In this document: positions 19,904-29,122 of the stretch, piece after piece
How positions within the stretch are numbered: the stretch's first letter is position 1
Layout: every line of letters starts with the position of its first letter
Assembly: GCA_040380025.1 (NCBI GenBank)
Contig: JBEIJY010000009.1
Location: forward strand, 6,341 to 70,340
Direction of reading: 5' to 3'
DNA from: Bdellovibrionales bacterium
GTDB taxonomy: Bacteria; Bdellovibrionota; UBA1018; CAIMNF01
DNA: 64,000 nt
Made by a program: the position numbers and the translations under genes
Notes under the pieces: generated by a model
The model's database searches: none
Told to the model about the DNA's origin: nothing
What the model saw: the letters and a program-made list of their open reading frames with translations, nothing else

Positions 19904-20811
19904 GTTTTTCTCTCCCCCATGCCGAGCCCCATTCCCAGGCCCAGACCCGCAAAGATCAAGCCGGTCGCAAGGGCGGTTCGAACCGTCAGAGTCTCTCCCA
20001 GACTGATCCACCCGTTCAGGAGCGCGACCACGGGCTGAAAATAAAAGAACAAGGCCACCATCGAGGCGCTCACACGGGTGAGCGCCCACGCATTCAACAA
20101 ATACGTCACGAGAGTGGCGAGCACAACATTGTAGAAAGCCGCAAGATAGAACCGCGAATCGAGGCCCGAGACCGAGACTCCTCCGAGATCCCCGGCTGCG
20201 AGGGTGAACAGAACCACCGCTCCGAACAGAAACATCCAAGCGGTAGCCCAATACGGGGAATGATCTCTCAAGAACCTCTGACTAAACACCAAATATGCGG
20301 CAAGAGAGAGACCGTTCAAGAGCATTGAAGCGTCCCCGAGGAACGTCGCGCTCGAGAGCCGGAACTCTTCGAAGTCGCGGATCACCACCGCTCCTGCGAT
20401 CGCAAGCAGGAACCCGAGCACCCTGCCGCGCGTGAGGCGCTCCATCCCGGCCAGCACGGCGATGGCGAGGGTGAAGAGCGGCGTCAGCGCGTTCATGATC
20501 GCACCGTTGGTGGTGGTGGTGTTCTTGATTCCATACATGAAAAAGAACTGCGAAAGGGCCATCCCGAAGAGTCCGTACACAAAGGTCTTCCGCAAAAAGA
20601 CCGGATCGATTTTTCGTTGCGACCGGGGAACTACGACCCCGGAAAACGAGAACAACAGCAAGGCCGAGACCAGCAAGCGGATCGCCCCCCAGAGAGTGGG
20701 AGGAAACTGCTCCAGAACCACCTTGGAGGCCGCGAAATTGAATCCAAAAATCACTTGGACGGCAAAAAGGGCCACGACCGGAAGAAGGGGGCGGGAGGGA
20801 GCGGAATTCAT
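19900..20811 (-). CDS. EamA/DMT family transporter
   Basis: 10-TM drug/metabolite transporter pattern. Start placed at 'MNSAPSRPLLPVVALF'. Confidence 0.75.
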   Translation of the reverse strand: MNSAPSRPLLPVVALFAVQVIFGFNFAASKVVLEQFPPTLWGAIRLLVSALLLFSFSGVVVPRSQRKIDPVFLRKTFVYGLFGMALSQFFFMYGIKNTTTTNGAIMNALTPLFTLAIAVLAGMERLTRGRVLGFLLAIAGAVVIRDFEEFRLSSATFLGDASMLLNGLSLAAYLVFSQRFLRDHSPYWATAWMFLFGAVVLFTLAAGDLGGVSVSGLDSRFYLAAFYNVVLATLVTYLLNAWALTRVSASMVALFFYFQPVVALLNGWISLGETLTVRTALATGLIFAGLGLGMGLGMGERKT

Positions 20812-20927
20812 CCCCCCACTCTTCGCTAAAAAATAAAAAGAGTCAAATATCGATCCCCTCGAAAAAATCATTGACGCAGCCTATCCGAACGGTTAGAAGT
20901 AAGGCTCCTAAGTCAGCGGGCTGCCTA

Positions 20928-20938
20928 CCCCCCCCCCC
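20928..20938. repeat. Homopolymeric C11 tract in a divergent intergenic region
   Basis: Read directly as 'ctaccccccccccccaaccc'. Sits between the EamA start (minus) and the HDOD gene (plus). Confidence 0.9.
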
Positions 20939-20973
20939 AACCCATCCCAGGCAGTCTGTTGGTTCAGTGATTT

Positions 20974-21017
20974 AAAAGCCCGGCGGCCATTACTGGCGTC
21001 GGGCTTTTAAGTTTTTT
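20974..21017 (+). terminator. Rho-independent terminator-like hairpin (A-tract / stem / T-tract)
   Basis: aaaagcccg-[gcggccattactggcgt]-cgggctttt followed by aagtttttt. It lies upstream of, and on the same strand as, the HDOD gene. Confidence 0.55.
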
Positions 21018-21882
21018 GCTGTGTCCGCCGATACCTGTGTTGATGGGTACGCACTCCCCTTGGATCGAAAAAATCCGCAGTCTTCCGGTATTGCCCCAGG
21101 TGGCCATGCGAATCACCGAACGGATGCAATCGCCGACGGCAACCGTGGCCGAGATCTCGGATCTGATCAAATCCGACATGGGACTTTCCTCGCGCGTTCT
21201 GCGGCTGGCGAATTCCTCTTACTACTCGATTCCGGGCGGAGTTTCAGAGGTGTCCAAGGCCCTTCAGTTTTTGGGATTCACCACCATCGCGCAGATCGTG
21301 CTCACGAGTTCCGTGGTCGGGTCCTTCAAAAATCCGGGCACGGGGGATTTTCCCCTCGCTCCGTTCTGGCTTCATTCCTTCGGCACGGGACAACTGGCCG
21401 AGATCACCGCGCGCTCGCTTCAGATGGGAAGCCCTGCGGATGCGTTTGTCGGAGGGCTCCTGCATGATGTCGGAAAACTGATCCTTCTTGAGATCGCACC
21501 CGATCAGCTTCAAAAAACCGCCCGCCTTGCGCGCGAGAAAAAAATCTCCTTCCATGCCGCCGAACTCGAGACGGGCGCTCCTTCGCACGTGATGCTCGGG
21601 GCGGAGCTCGCCCGCCACTGGAAGCTCCCGGATTCGATCCGTGCTCTGATCGAGCATCATCACTCTTCGTCCGGAAATCGCGAGCAAACCCTGATCGAGT
21701 GGGCGAATCTCCAGACGCATGTGCGGCAGATCGGCGCGTCCGGAAACCATGATCCGGGCAATGCGGAGCTGCTCGAAAAGGCACGGCTTCGGCTCGGATT
21801 GGGGGAGGAAGCCCTCCGGAACATCGAGCGACATTTCGAGAAAGAGTTTGAAAAAGCGGGGGCGATCCTGAATGCCCACTAA
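21016..21882 (+). CDS. HDOD domain signalling protein
   Basis: 'VAEISDLIKSDMGLSSRVLRLANSSYY...GGLLHDVGKLIL' is a typical HDOD. The real start is probably the ATG at 21043 (MGTHSPW); 21016 is a TTG. Confidence 0.75.
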   Translation: MLCPPIPVLMGTHSPWIEKIRSLPVLPQVAMRITERMQSPTATVAEISDLIKSDMGLSSRVLRLANSSYYSIPGGVSEVSKALQFLGFTTIAQIVLTSSVVGSFKNPGTGDFPLAPFWLHSFGTGQLAEITARSLQMGSPADAFVGGLLHDVGKLILLEIAPDQLQKTARLAREKKISFHAAELETGAPSHVMLGAELARHWKLPDSIRALIEHHHSSSGNREQTLIEWANLQTHVRQIGASGNHDPGNAELLEKARLRLGLGEEALRNIERHFEKEFEKAGAILNAH

Positions 21883-23026
21883 ATCGAAGGCCAATGCGCC
21901 GAAAGAATTCAAAATTCCGGATGGACTCGGGGATCTCCCCCTTCCACTTCTGATCTACTTGCCCGATTCGAAAGAAATCCACGCGAATCGTGCCTTCGAG
22001 CGCCTCTTCGGACCGGTACCCCCCTCCCGCTTCTCGGGTCGCCCGGCCATCGCCCTTGTTCATGAAAGACCTGTTCATGAATCTGTTTTTTCGTTGCCCG
22101 GACGGCACGAGGGCTTTGTGGTCGAATCGGTGGAGGGCCTGAAGATTCCGGTGGAACTCCGGATCTCACCCTTGAATGCCGGCGGCCGGAGCGCCTCCCT
22201 CGTGCTCTTCGAAGATGTGACCGCGAAGCTCGAGCTCGAACGCCAGCTGATCGAGAATCACGTCGCTCTGACCCAGGCATTCGCCGACCTGAAACACACG
22301 CAAAGCGCGCTCACCCAGGCTGCGAAGTTGGCTTCGCTCGGAGAGCTCTCATCCGGAATCGCACATGAGCTGAACCAACCCCTCCAGGCGATTCTGGGAT
22401 TCAGCCAGGAGCTGCAACAATTCGAGCCACTGTCCCCGTCCGGCAAGGAGTTCCTTTCGGACATCATCCACGCGTCGAAAAAAATGGCCGAGATCATCAA
22501 GTCCCTGCGCTCGTTCGCCCGCGAGGCGGGCGACGAGGTCGTCGATACCTCCCTCGAGCACGCGATCCGCGAGGCCGCGAAGCTGGTGAACCACTCCCTC
22601 TTGCAACGGGGAATCTCGCTCGAAATCCGATCCGGATCGCACGCGCCCCTCGTGAGTGCGAACCCGATCCAGCTCGAGCAGGTTTTCGTGAACCTGCTCA
22701 GCAACGCGATGGATGCGATCGAAGAGGCCCATGCCGGCAAGGGAACCATCACCGTTTCGATTTCGGAATCCGCGGACGGCGTACGGGTCTCGGTTGCGGA
22801 TGACGGATGCGGAATGAGCGAAGAGGTCCGGCAGAGGATTTTCGACCCCTTCTTCACGACCAAGGAGACCGGAAAAGGCACGGGCCTCGGACTCAGCATC
22901 ACCCATGGAATTCTCGAAAAAATCGGCGCGCGGGTCGAGGTCCTCTCGACCCCTGGCCATGGAACCCGTTTTGAACTCACCTTCCGTCCGGCGGGACGGA
23001 TCAAGAAAAAAGGAGAAGCCGCATGA
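21872..23026 (+). CDS. Sensor histidine kinase (PAS-like N-terminus + HisKA + HATPase_c)
   Basis: H-box 'IAHELNQPLQAI', N-box 'NLLSNAMDA' and G-boxes 'DDGCGM' / 'GTGLGLSI'. 11-nt overlap with the HDOD gene. Confidence 0.85.
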   Translation: MPTKSKANAPKEFKIPDGLGDLPLPLLIYLPDSKEIHANRAFERLFGPVPPSRFSGRPAIALVHERPVHESVFSLPGRHEGFVVESVEGLKIPVELRISPLNAGGRSASLVLFEDVTAKLELERQLIENHVALTQAFADLKHTQSALTQAAKLASLGELSSGIAHELNQPLQAILGFSQELQQFEPLSPSGKEFLSDIIHASKKMAEIIKSLRSFAREAGDEVVDTSLEHAIREAAKLVNHSLLQRGISLEIRSGSHAPLVSANPIQLEQVFVNLLSNAMDAIEEAHAGKGTITVSISESADGVRVSVADDGCGMSEEVRQRIFDPFFTTKETGKGTGLGLSITHGILEKIGARVEVLSTPGHGTRFELTFRPAGRIKKKGEAA

Positions 23027-23658
23027 CCCAGAACAAAATCGTACTGATCGTGGATGACGAGGAACCGATCCGAAAGCTCCTGAGAGCCCGCTTCGAGCGC
23101 GAAGGCCTGAACGTCTTGACGGCAAGCCATGCCGGCGAGGCGCTCGAGATCCTGCTCCACACACCGGATCTCGCGCTTCTGGTCACCGACGTGAAGATGC
23201 CCGGGAAAGACGGGCTCGCGCTCACGGCAGAGGCGAAGGAGTTCTTACCGGATCTGAAGGTGATCGTGATGACCGGACACGGAGAAAAATCGACGGCGAT
23301 CTCGGCGCTCCGGCTCGGAGCCTGCGACTACCTCGAGAAGCCCTTCGACATGGAAGAAATGACGCATTCAGTGAACCGCGCGATCAAGGAATCGCGGCTG
23401 GAGAATCGGGCGGAAGTCCTCGATGACCGGAGTTCCGACTGGAACAACTCGGAGCCGACATCGAGCTACACCTTGCTGAAAAAGAAATGGTCGGAATCGT
23501 TCGAGAAGGAATACCTGACGAAGGTCTTGATCCGCCACCAAGGCAACGTGACCGCCGCCGCAAAGGAGGCCTGCGTGGACCGGAGCAATTTTTTGCGGCT
23601 CCTTCGCCGGCACCAGATCGATGCGGCTCACTACCGGATGACGAAGAAAGCGGCCTGA
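23023..23658 (+). CDS. Response regulator (REC domain + C-terminal Fis-type HTH; no AAA+ domain)
   Basis: 'IVLIVDDEEPIRKLL...LVTDVKMPGKDGL' and a C-terminal 'GNVTAAAKEACVDRSNFLRLLRRHQI'. ATGA overlap with the kinase. Confidence 0.85.
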   Translation: MTQNKIVLIVDDEEPIRKLLRARFEREGLNVLTASHAGEALEILLHTPDLALLVTDVKMPGKDGLALTAEAKEFLPDLKVIVMTGHGEKSTAISALRLGACDYLEKPFDMEEMTHSVNRAIKESRLENRAEVLDDRSSDWNNSEPTSSYTLLKKKWSESFEKEYLTKVLIRHQGNVTAAAKEACVDRSNFLRLLRRHQIDAAHYRMTKKAA

Positions 23659-23670
23659 GGATCCAAATCC

Positions 23671-25131
23671 TTATTTTCGGATCTTGATCTGATGAACCTT
23701 GATCGTGTTCGTAGTGCCGCGTCCGAGACTCGGAACCCCCGCTGTCACCACGATCAGATCTTCATCATCCGCGCGGTGGTTCTCGACCAGAACGCGCGAG
23801 ACCATCCCGAACAAATCATCGGTTGCGACGAGCTCGGGGATCAGCACCCCGTTCACGCCCCAAACAAAAGAGAGCTTCCGGAGCGAGGCCTCGTTGTCCA
23901 TGATCGCCACGATCGGGGTTTCGGGACGGTATTTGGCAAGGGTTCTCGCTGCGGTTCCCGAATGGGTCAGGCATGCGATCGCAACTGCTCCGACATGAGA
24001 CGCGATCCGCGACGCACTGAATTCGATCGACTCGACGATCGATCCCGAAACAGGAATCAGATTCGCATGAACCGAGTATTTTCCCTCACTCTCGGCCTCA
24101 CGGATGATCCGTGCCATGGTCTCGACCGCCTCGACCGGATACTCGCCCGATGCGGACTCGGCCGACAGCATCACGGCATCGGTCCCGTCGAACACGGCAT
24201 TCGCGACATCCGACGCTTCGGCACGCGTCGGGGTCGGACACGAGATCATGCTCTCGAGCATCTGGGTTGCGGTGATCACCGGCACCCCGAGCTCGTTCGA
24301 CATGCGGATCAGCATTTTTTGAATGATCGGCACCTTCTCGGCACCGAGCTCGACGGCCATGTCTCCGCGGGCGATCAGGATGCCATCGGTCACCTCGAGA
24401 ATTCCCTCGGGGGCGTATACGGCCTCTTCCCGCTCGATCTTCGCGACGATGAGCGGATTGTGATTGCTGTTCTTGCGAATCCGGTCACGGACAACCTGGA
24501 TGTCCTGCGGCGTGCGCACGAAAGAAAGCGCGACCGAATCGACGCCGAGATCAAGCCCGAGCTTCAGATCGTGAAGATCCTTCTCGGTGACACAAGGAAG
24601 AGACAAGGGAGTCCCGGGCAGATTCATTCCCTTGTTCGAGGTGAGCTTTCCGCCCACCGAAACCGTCACGACCATCTCGGGCGCATGGACTTCCTTCACC
24701 TCGCTCGAAAGTTTTCCGTCATCGAACAAGATCCGGGAGCCTTTTCGCACGTCCTTCGACAGGGGTTCGGCGATCTCGGCCGAAATCGGAATCGCAATCC
24801 GTCCGGTCAAGGAGGAGCGGGGTGTGGTTCCCTCGGGGTACAAAAGCACCTCATCTCCGGCGCGCAGAACGATCCCGCCCGCCTGGAGTTTTCCGACCCG
24901 GAGCTTGGGGCCCTGAAGATCCTGGAGCACGCCCACATGCTTTCCGGCATTCTTCGCGGCCGCGCGCACGGACTGGAACAGCGCCCGATGGACCTCGTGG
25001 GTCCCGTGGCTGAAGTTCAACCGGGCGGTATCGAGCCCGGCGCGGACCAGTTTTTCGATTTTTTCGGGGGTGTTGCTCGAAGGCCCGAGCGTGCAGACGA
25101 TTTTAACTTTTCTTCGCGATGAGTTGAGCAT
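23671..25131 (-). CDS. pyk: Pyruvate kinase
   Basis: 'KIVCTLGPSS...' N-terminus and the K+/Mg2+ site region 'MVARGDMAVELG'. 486 aa. Confidence 0.93.
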   Translation of the reverse strand: MLNSSRRKVKIVCTLGPSSNTPEKIEKLVRAGLDTARLNFSHGTHEVHRALFQSVRAAAKNAGKHVGVLQDLQGPKLRVGKLQAGGIVLRAGDEVLLYPEGTTPRSSLTGRIAIPISAEIAEPLSKDVRKGSRILFDDGKLSSEVKEVHAPEMVVTVSVGGKLTSNKGMNLPGTPLSLPCVTEKDLHDLKLGLDLGVDSVALSFVRTPQDIQVVRDRIRKNSNHNPLIVAKIEREEAVYAPEGILEVTDGILIARGDMAVELGAEKVPIIQKMLIRMSNELGVPVITATQMLESMISCPTPTRAEASDVANAVFDGTDAVMLSAESASGEYPVEAVETMARIIREAESEGKYSVHANLIPVSGSIVESIEFSASRIASHVGAVAIACLTHSGTAARTLAKYRPETPIVAIMDNEASLRKLSFVWGVNGVLIPELVATDDLFGMVSRVLVENHRADDEDLIVVTAGVPSLGRGTTNTIKVHQIKIRK

Positions 25132-26794
25132 TGGTGCGTTTCATCTTATCAAGCTCTCCCTCATAATGCTCGACCAAAAACCGTTCTTTTTCCCGATGGG
25201 AAAGCTCCTGCTGGCGCACCCGGTATTCGGCACTCCGGTCCTTCTCTTCCACCATTCGCCGGGCGGTCCGCTCCTGCTCCTGGAGCTTCCGCTCGCTCTC
25301 GGTCTTCTGATTGGCAAGCTCCCGCGCGTGCTCATCCTGCAAAATCGACATCCGGCGGTCATACTCGCGCCGCTGATCCTGGAACCGCATGAACCACTCC
25401 CGGTCCCGGGCCCGCGATGCGGAATCGGCCTCGACCAAGGCCAGATCCTTCGCCTCAGTCAACGAATCCCGTTGCTCCTCGAGTGCGATCTTGCTTCGTT
25501 TTTGCTGATCGGTCATGGCGCGGTTTCCGGCATTTCCGAGCCGGAGCAAGGCGTCCCGGGCGCGGGACTCGAGCGCGTCCGCGCGGGCATCCTCCTGCGC
25601 CTTCAAGTCCAAAAAGGCATCGGCCATGCCGCGCTTCTGGAGGTCATTCTCGCGCTTGAATTCACGGGTCAGGGAGCGAGTTTCTTCGCCGTGTTTTTCG
25701 GCAATTTCTCTTCGCTCCTCGTGGTCCCGGGCGCGGGTCGCCTCGAGATTCCTGCGGTTGCTCTCGCTCATCTTCTGCTCGGCCTCGTGATGGCGCGCAA
25801 GCTCCTGCGTGCGGATCGAATTGACCACCGCAGGCGAGACCTTCCGGGCATCCTGAGTGGTGCTCAAGTCGCGGATGATCCGCTCCCGCGCATCGATCTC
25901 GGAATTCACGCGTTTCGCGTTCGACTGGATGTAATTCACATAGGCGCGGTCTTTTTCGCCCAAGGCCTTCTCGGTGTCTTCGCGATTCAGGCGCACGAGC
26001 TGATCCTGGCTCCGGGCCGCGTGCGCGCGCTCCCGCTTGAGCTCATCGCGGACCAGCGCCTCGGTCACCCCCGCCTCTTTTTTGATCTTCTGCGCCTCTT
26101 GCTTGAACTCGCTCTTTTGCCCGTCGAGCATCTTCTTGGTGCGCGCATCGGCCTCGATCTCCGAATCCAGGAGCTTCCGCGCGTACAACTCCTCGCCCTG
26201 CCGCTCCTTCTCCTTCCGCTTCTCGATCATTTTTTCATAAGAACCCACGAGGTTCCGCTTCTCGGTCTGATGCTCTTCTTCGTACCCGGCGATCGCCTCC
26301 TGGCGCGCACGGGCGCGCTCGGATTCGACATCGCGGGCCTCGTTGCGGTACATCGAAAGCTCCTGCCGGAGCGGACGAGTCTCTTCGTCGTTCGAGCGCC
26401 GCTGGGCATTCAGGGCCCCCTCCAGGCGGTCGGCGTTCTCACGGGCCAAAGATTCAAATCGGTCCTCGGCATGCTTCTGGATCCGCTCCACCTTCCGGGT
26501 GGCATCGCGATCGATTTCTTCGCGATACCGGGCAAGCTCCGCATTCCGCTCGTGATCGGTCTCGAGCTCCTTCGTTGCGCGGCGGCCGTTCGAGTCGTAG
26601 AGCTCTTCTTTCAGCTTCCGGACCTCCTCGCGCGCACTCTCCCGCTCCTCGCGAAGATCGCCCGAGTGTTCTTCCTTCAGCTCTTTCATTTCTTTTTCGT
26701 GCTTTTCACGGGTCTCCGCGAGCTCGGCTTCGTAGGAGTCCCTCACGCGCTGAAGGGAATTCGAATAAGAGGCGGAATCCGACACCGTCGACAT
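25103..26794 (-). CDS. Hypothetical long coiled-coil protein, very rich in E/R/K/D (563 aa)
   Basis: Continuous heptad-like charged sequence with no TM segment and no catalytic motif. The + strand Leu-rich ORF 25070-26809 is its antisense shadow. Confidence 0.6.
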   Translation of the reverse strand: MSTVSDSASYSNSLQRVRDSYEAELAETREKHEKEMKELKEEHSGDLREERESAREEVRKLKEELYDSNGRRATKELETDHERNAELARYREEIDRDATRKVERIQKHAEDRFESLARENADRLEGALNAQRRSNDEETRPLRQELSMYRNEARDVESERARARQEAIAGYEEEHQTEKRNLVGSYEKMIEKRKEKERQGEELYARKLLDSEIEADARTKKMLDGQKSEFKQEAQKIKKEAGVTEALVRDELKRERAHAARSQDQLVRLNREDTEKALGEKDRAYVNYIQSNAKRVNSEIDARERIIRDLSTTQDARKVSPAVVNSIRTQELARHHEAEQKMSESNRRNLEATRARDHEERREIAEKHGEETRSLTREFKRENDLQKRGMADAFLDLKAQEDARADALESRARDALLRLGNAGNRAMTDQQKRSKIALEEQRDSLTEAKDLALVEADSASRARDREWFMRFQDQRREYDRRMSILQDEHARELANQKTESERKLQEQERTARRMVEEKDRSAEYRVRQQELSHREKERFLVEHYEGELDKMKRTNAQLIAKKS

Positions 26795-26862
26795 CTTGGT
26801 ACAGGATAACCGGACACACAGGATTCAAAAACGGGCAATCTTTGCCGTCACCGCAGAGGCCG

Positions 26863-28308
26863 TCACCGCAGGGCATCGAGGAGCTTCGGGATGAACCCGC
26901 CGAATCCGCCGTTCGAGAGTACGGCGATCACGTCTCCCGGCCTTGAGGACTGTGCCACGCGTTTGACGCCCTCTTCGACCGTCTCAAAAAACGCGGCGTT
27001 CTTGCCATGCGCGACCAGATCGCACACCAGATCCGCACTCGAGAACTGGTCCTCGGGCGCGATCTTGCTTTGATCGAAGGCCACTGCGATGTGGATCTCA
27101 TCGGCCTCGTCGAAGGCGCGAGCGTATTCGTTCTGGAACACCTTCCGCCGGGAGGTGGCCGACCGGGGCTCAAAAACCGCCACCAACCGCCGGCCGCTGT
27201 ACTTTGCGGCAAGAGCCCCCAGCGTCTCGCGAACGGCCGTGGGATGATGGGCGAAGTCGTCGATCACGAGCACACCTCTCACCTCACCCCGCTCTTCCTG
27301 CCTGCGCTTGATGCCGCCAAAGCTCGCAAGACCGTTCCTGATTTGGTCCGCCGAGAGCCCGAGTTCCCGGCACTCGATGTACACGGCTAGCGCATTCAAG
27401 GCGTTATGCTCGCCCGGAAGCGAGATCCTCACCCGATCGATCTTCGTCCCGCGCACGAGCACATCGAATTCGGCGCCCGCTTCCGAAACGATGAGCGAAG
27501 AAAACGTGTACTCGGCCCCGTCAGAGGCGTTCCGGGAATAAGTGATCACCGGCACCTTCGCCTCGCGAATCAGCTCGCGGACATTCGCGGTCTCGATGCA
27601 GGCGATCAGGCGGCCCCCGGGACGGATTCTTGAAATGAGGCCGGCAAACGCGCGTTTTACGGCCGCAAGATCGGCATAAATGTCGGCGTGATCGAACTCA
27701 ACCGAGGTCAGGATCACATCGTCCGGAAGATAATGATTGAACTTGGGCACCTTGTCCCAGAAGGCGGTGTCGTATTCGTCGCCTTCAAGCACAAAACAGC
27801 CCTTCGCTGCACCGACATGAAAACTGTGCGGCAGGCTTTGCGAAACCCCGCCGATGAAATACGAGGGATCACGGCCAGCAGATCGGAGCACATGAGCCAG
27901 AAGACTCGAGGTGGTCGTCTTGCCGTGCGTGCCCGCCACGACGAGATTCCGGGTTTCAGGAAGAAGATGCCGCTCCATGAACTCCGGGAGGGAGACGTAC
28001 TCATCGCCCCTTTGCTCAAACGCCTGCATCTCGGGGTTGCCCTTGCTGATCACATTCCCGACCACGACGAGGTCGGGCTTTCCGCCGATGCGATCGAGAT
28101 TCGCGGGATCATACGGCGAGAACAACTCGATTCCCGCCTCCCGGAGAACATCGCTCATCGGAGGATAGACATTCTGGTCACTCCCCGTGACCCGTATGCC
28201 GGACCGGCGCAAAAACGCCGCGAATGCGCCCATCAGCGTGCCGCAGACTCCCAGGATGTGAACGTGCTTGAACCCGGACAAACCGGATGCGTGATTCATG
28301 GGGCTCAT
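26863..28308 (-). CDS. mpl: UDP-N-acetylmuramate:L-alanyl-gamma-D-glutamyl-meso-diaminopimelate ligase (Mpl)
   Basis: 'VHILGVCGTLMG', 'VAGTHGKTTTSS' and C-terminal 'LSNGGFGGF'. The six-frame N-terminal extension was trimmed to 'MSPMNH'. Confidence 0.88.
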   Translation of the reverse strand: MSPMNHASGLSGFKHVHILGVCGTLMGAFAAFLRRSGIRVTGSDQNVYPPMSDVLREAGIELFSPYDPANLDRIGGKPDLVVVGNVISKGNPEMQAFEQRGDEYVSLPEFMERHLLPETRNLVVAGTHGKTTTSSLLAHVLRSAGRDPSYFIGGVSQSLPHSFHVGAAKGCFVLEGDEYDTAFWDKVPKFNHYLPDDVILTSVEFDHADIYADLAAVKRAFAGLISRIRPGGRLIACIETANVRELIREAKVPVITYSRNASDGAEYTFSSLIVSEAGAEFDVLVRGTKIDRVRISLPGEHNALNALAVYIECRELGLSADQIRNGLASFGGIKRRQEERGEVRGVLVIDDFAHHPTAVRETLGALAAKYSGRRLVAVFEPRSATSRRKVFQNEYARAFDEADEIHIAVAFDQSKIAPEDQFSSADLVCDLVAHGKNAAFFETVEEGVKRVAQSSRPGDVIAVLSNGGFGGFIPKLLDALR

Positions 28309-28321
28309 TGTGAAAGAGAAT

Positions 28322-29122
28322 TCACCTGATGCCAACCACAAAAGCGATCCAGGCGTGGGCGTTGTCGCCCACCTCGGTGCGCACGTACTCATCGGTGCCC
28401 TCGCCGTCGGGACCCGGATCTTCCCAGTACACGATCGTTTCCTTGAATCCGGCATCGATCATCACCTCGCGGATCTCGGGGATATTCCACACCCGCCAGT
28501 CATAGGTGAAGCAATCCCGGTGCATCCGTCCGTGGCGATCCTTGAAATGGATCGCGTACATTCCGTGCTGGGAGATCGGATCAAAGGACTTTTGGTCCCA
28601 GTAATAGACAAATCGTCCCAGGCCGGAAACCGTGTAGGTTCTTTGCTCGCGCGCCTTGACCGTGAAGCCCGGCCCTCCTGCCATCTCGAGCACGAAAATG
28701 CCGTCCTTGGTCAGGGATTCCAGCGCCGCCTTGAAGTAGCGCTTCAGCTGGTCGCGGGTCTTGAAGATATAGAACGAGAAATTCCCGGCACCGATCAGAT
28801 CGGATTTCTGCTTCTTTGGAATGCTCACATCCTCGCGCAAAAGCTTCACCCGTTTTCGCTCGGAGGGAGAAAGCTTCCGGAACCCGTTATGAAGTCCGTA
28901 ATCGAGGGGTTCGGGATCGAGGTCGATTCCGAGCGCGGTCCTCTCGGGAAGCGACTTGACCCATTCGCAGGAAATCAGAAACGTTCCGCAAAAATCCTCG
29001 CGAAGCGAGAGCGCCCGCCGGCCGCGCAGATCGAGGAACATCCGGTCGAAGATCCGCACATGCTCCTCGGGGGTCTGAACGGAGTTCTCGTAGTGCTTGT
29101 ACTTGTCGAATCCGCGCTTCAT
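28322..29122 (-). CDS. Class I SAM-dependent methyltransferase-like protein
   Basis: About 266 aa from 'MKRGFDKYKHYEN'. The upstream 174 codons of ORF 28322-29644 are a frame artefact that overlaps the thioesterase gene. Confidence 0.5.
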   Translation of the reverse strand: MKRGFDKYKHYENSVQTPEEHVRIFDRMFLDLRGRRALSLREDFCGTFLISCEWVKSLPERTALGIDLDPEPLDYGLHNGFRKLSPSERKRVKLLREDVSIPKKQKSDLIGAGNFSFYIFKTRDQLKRYFKAALESLTKDGIFVLEMAGGPGFTVKAREQRTYTVSGLGRFVYYWDQKSFDPISQHGMYAIHFKDRHGRMHRDCFTYDWRVWNIPEIREVMIDAGFKETIVYWEDPGPDGEGTDEYVRTEVGDNAHAWIAFVVGIR

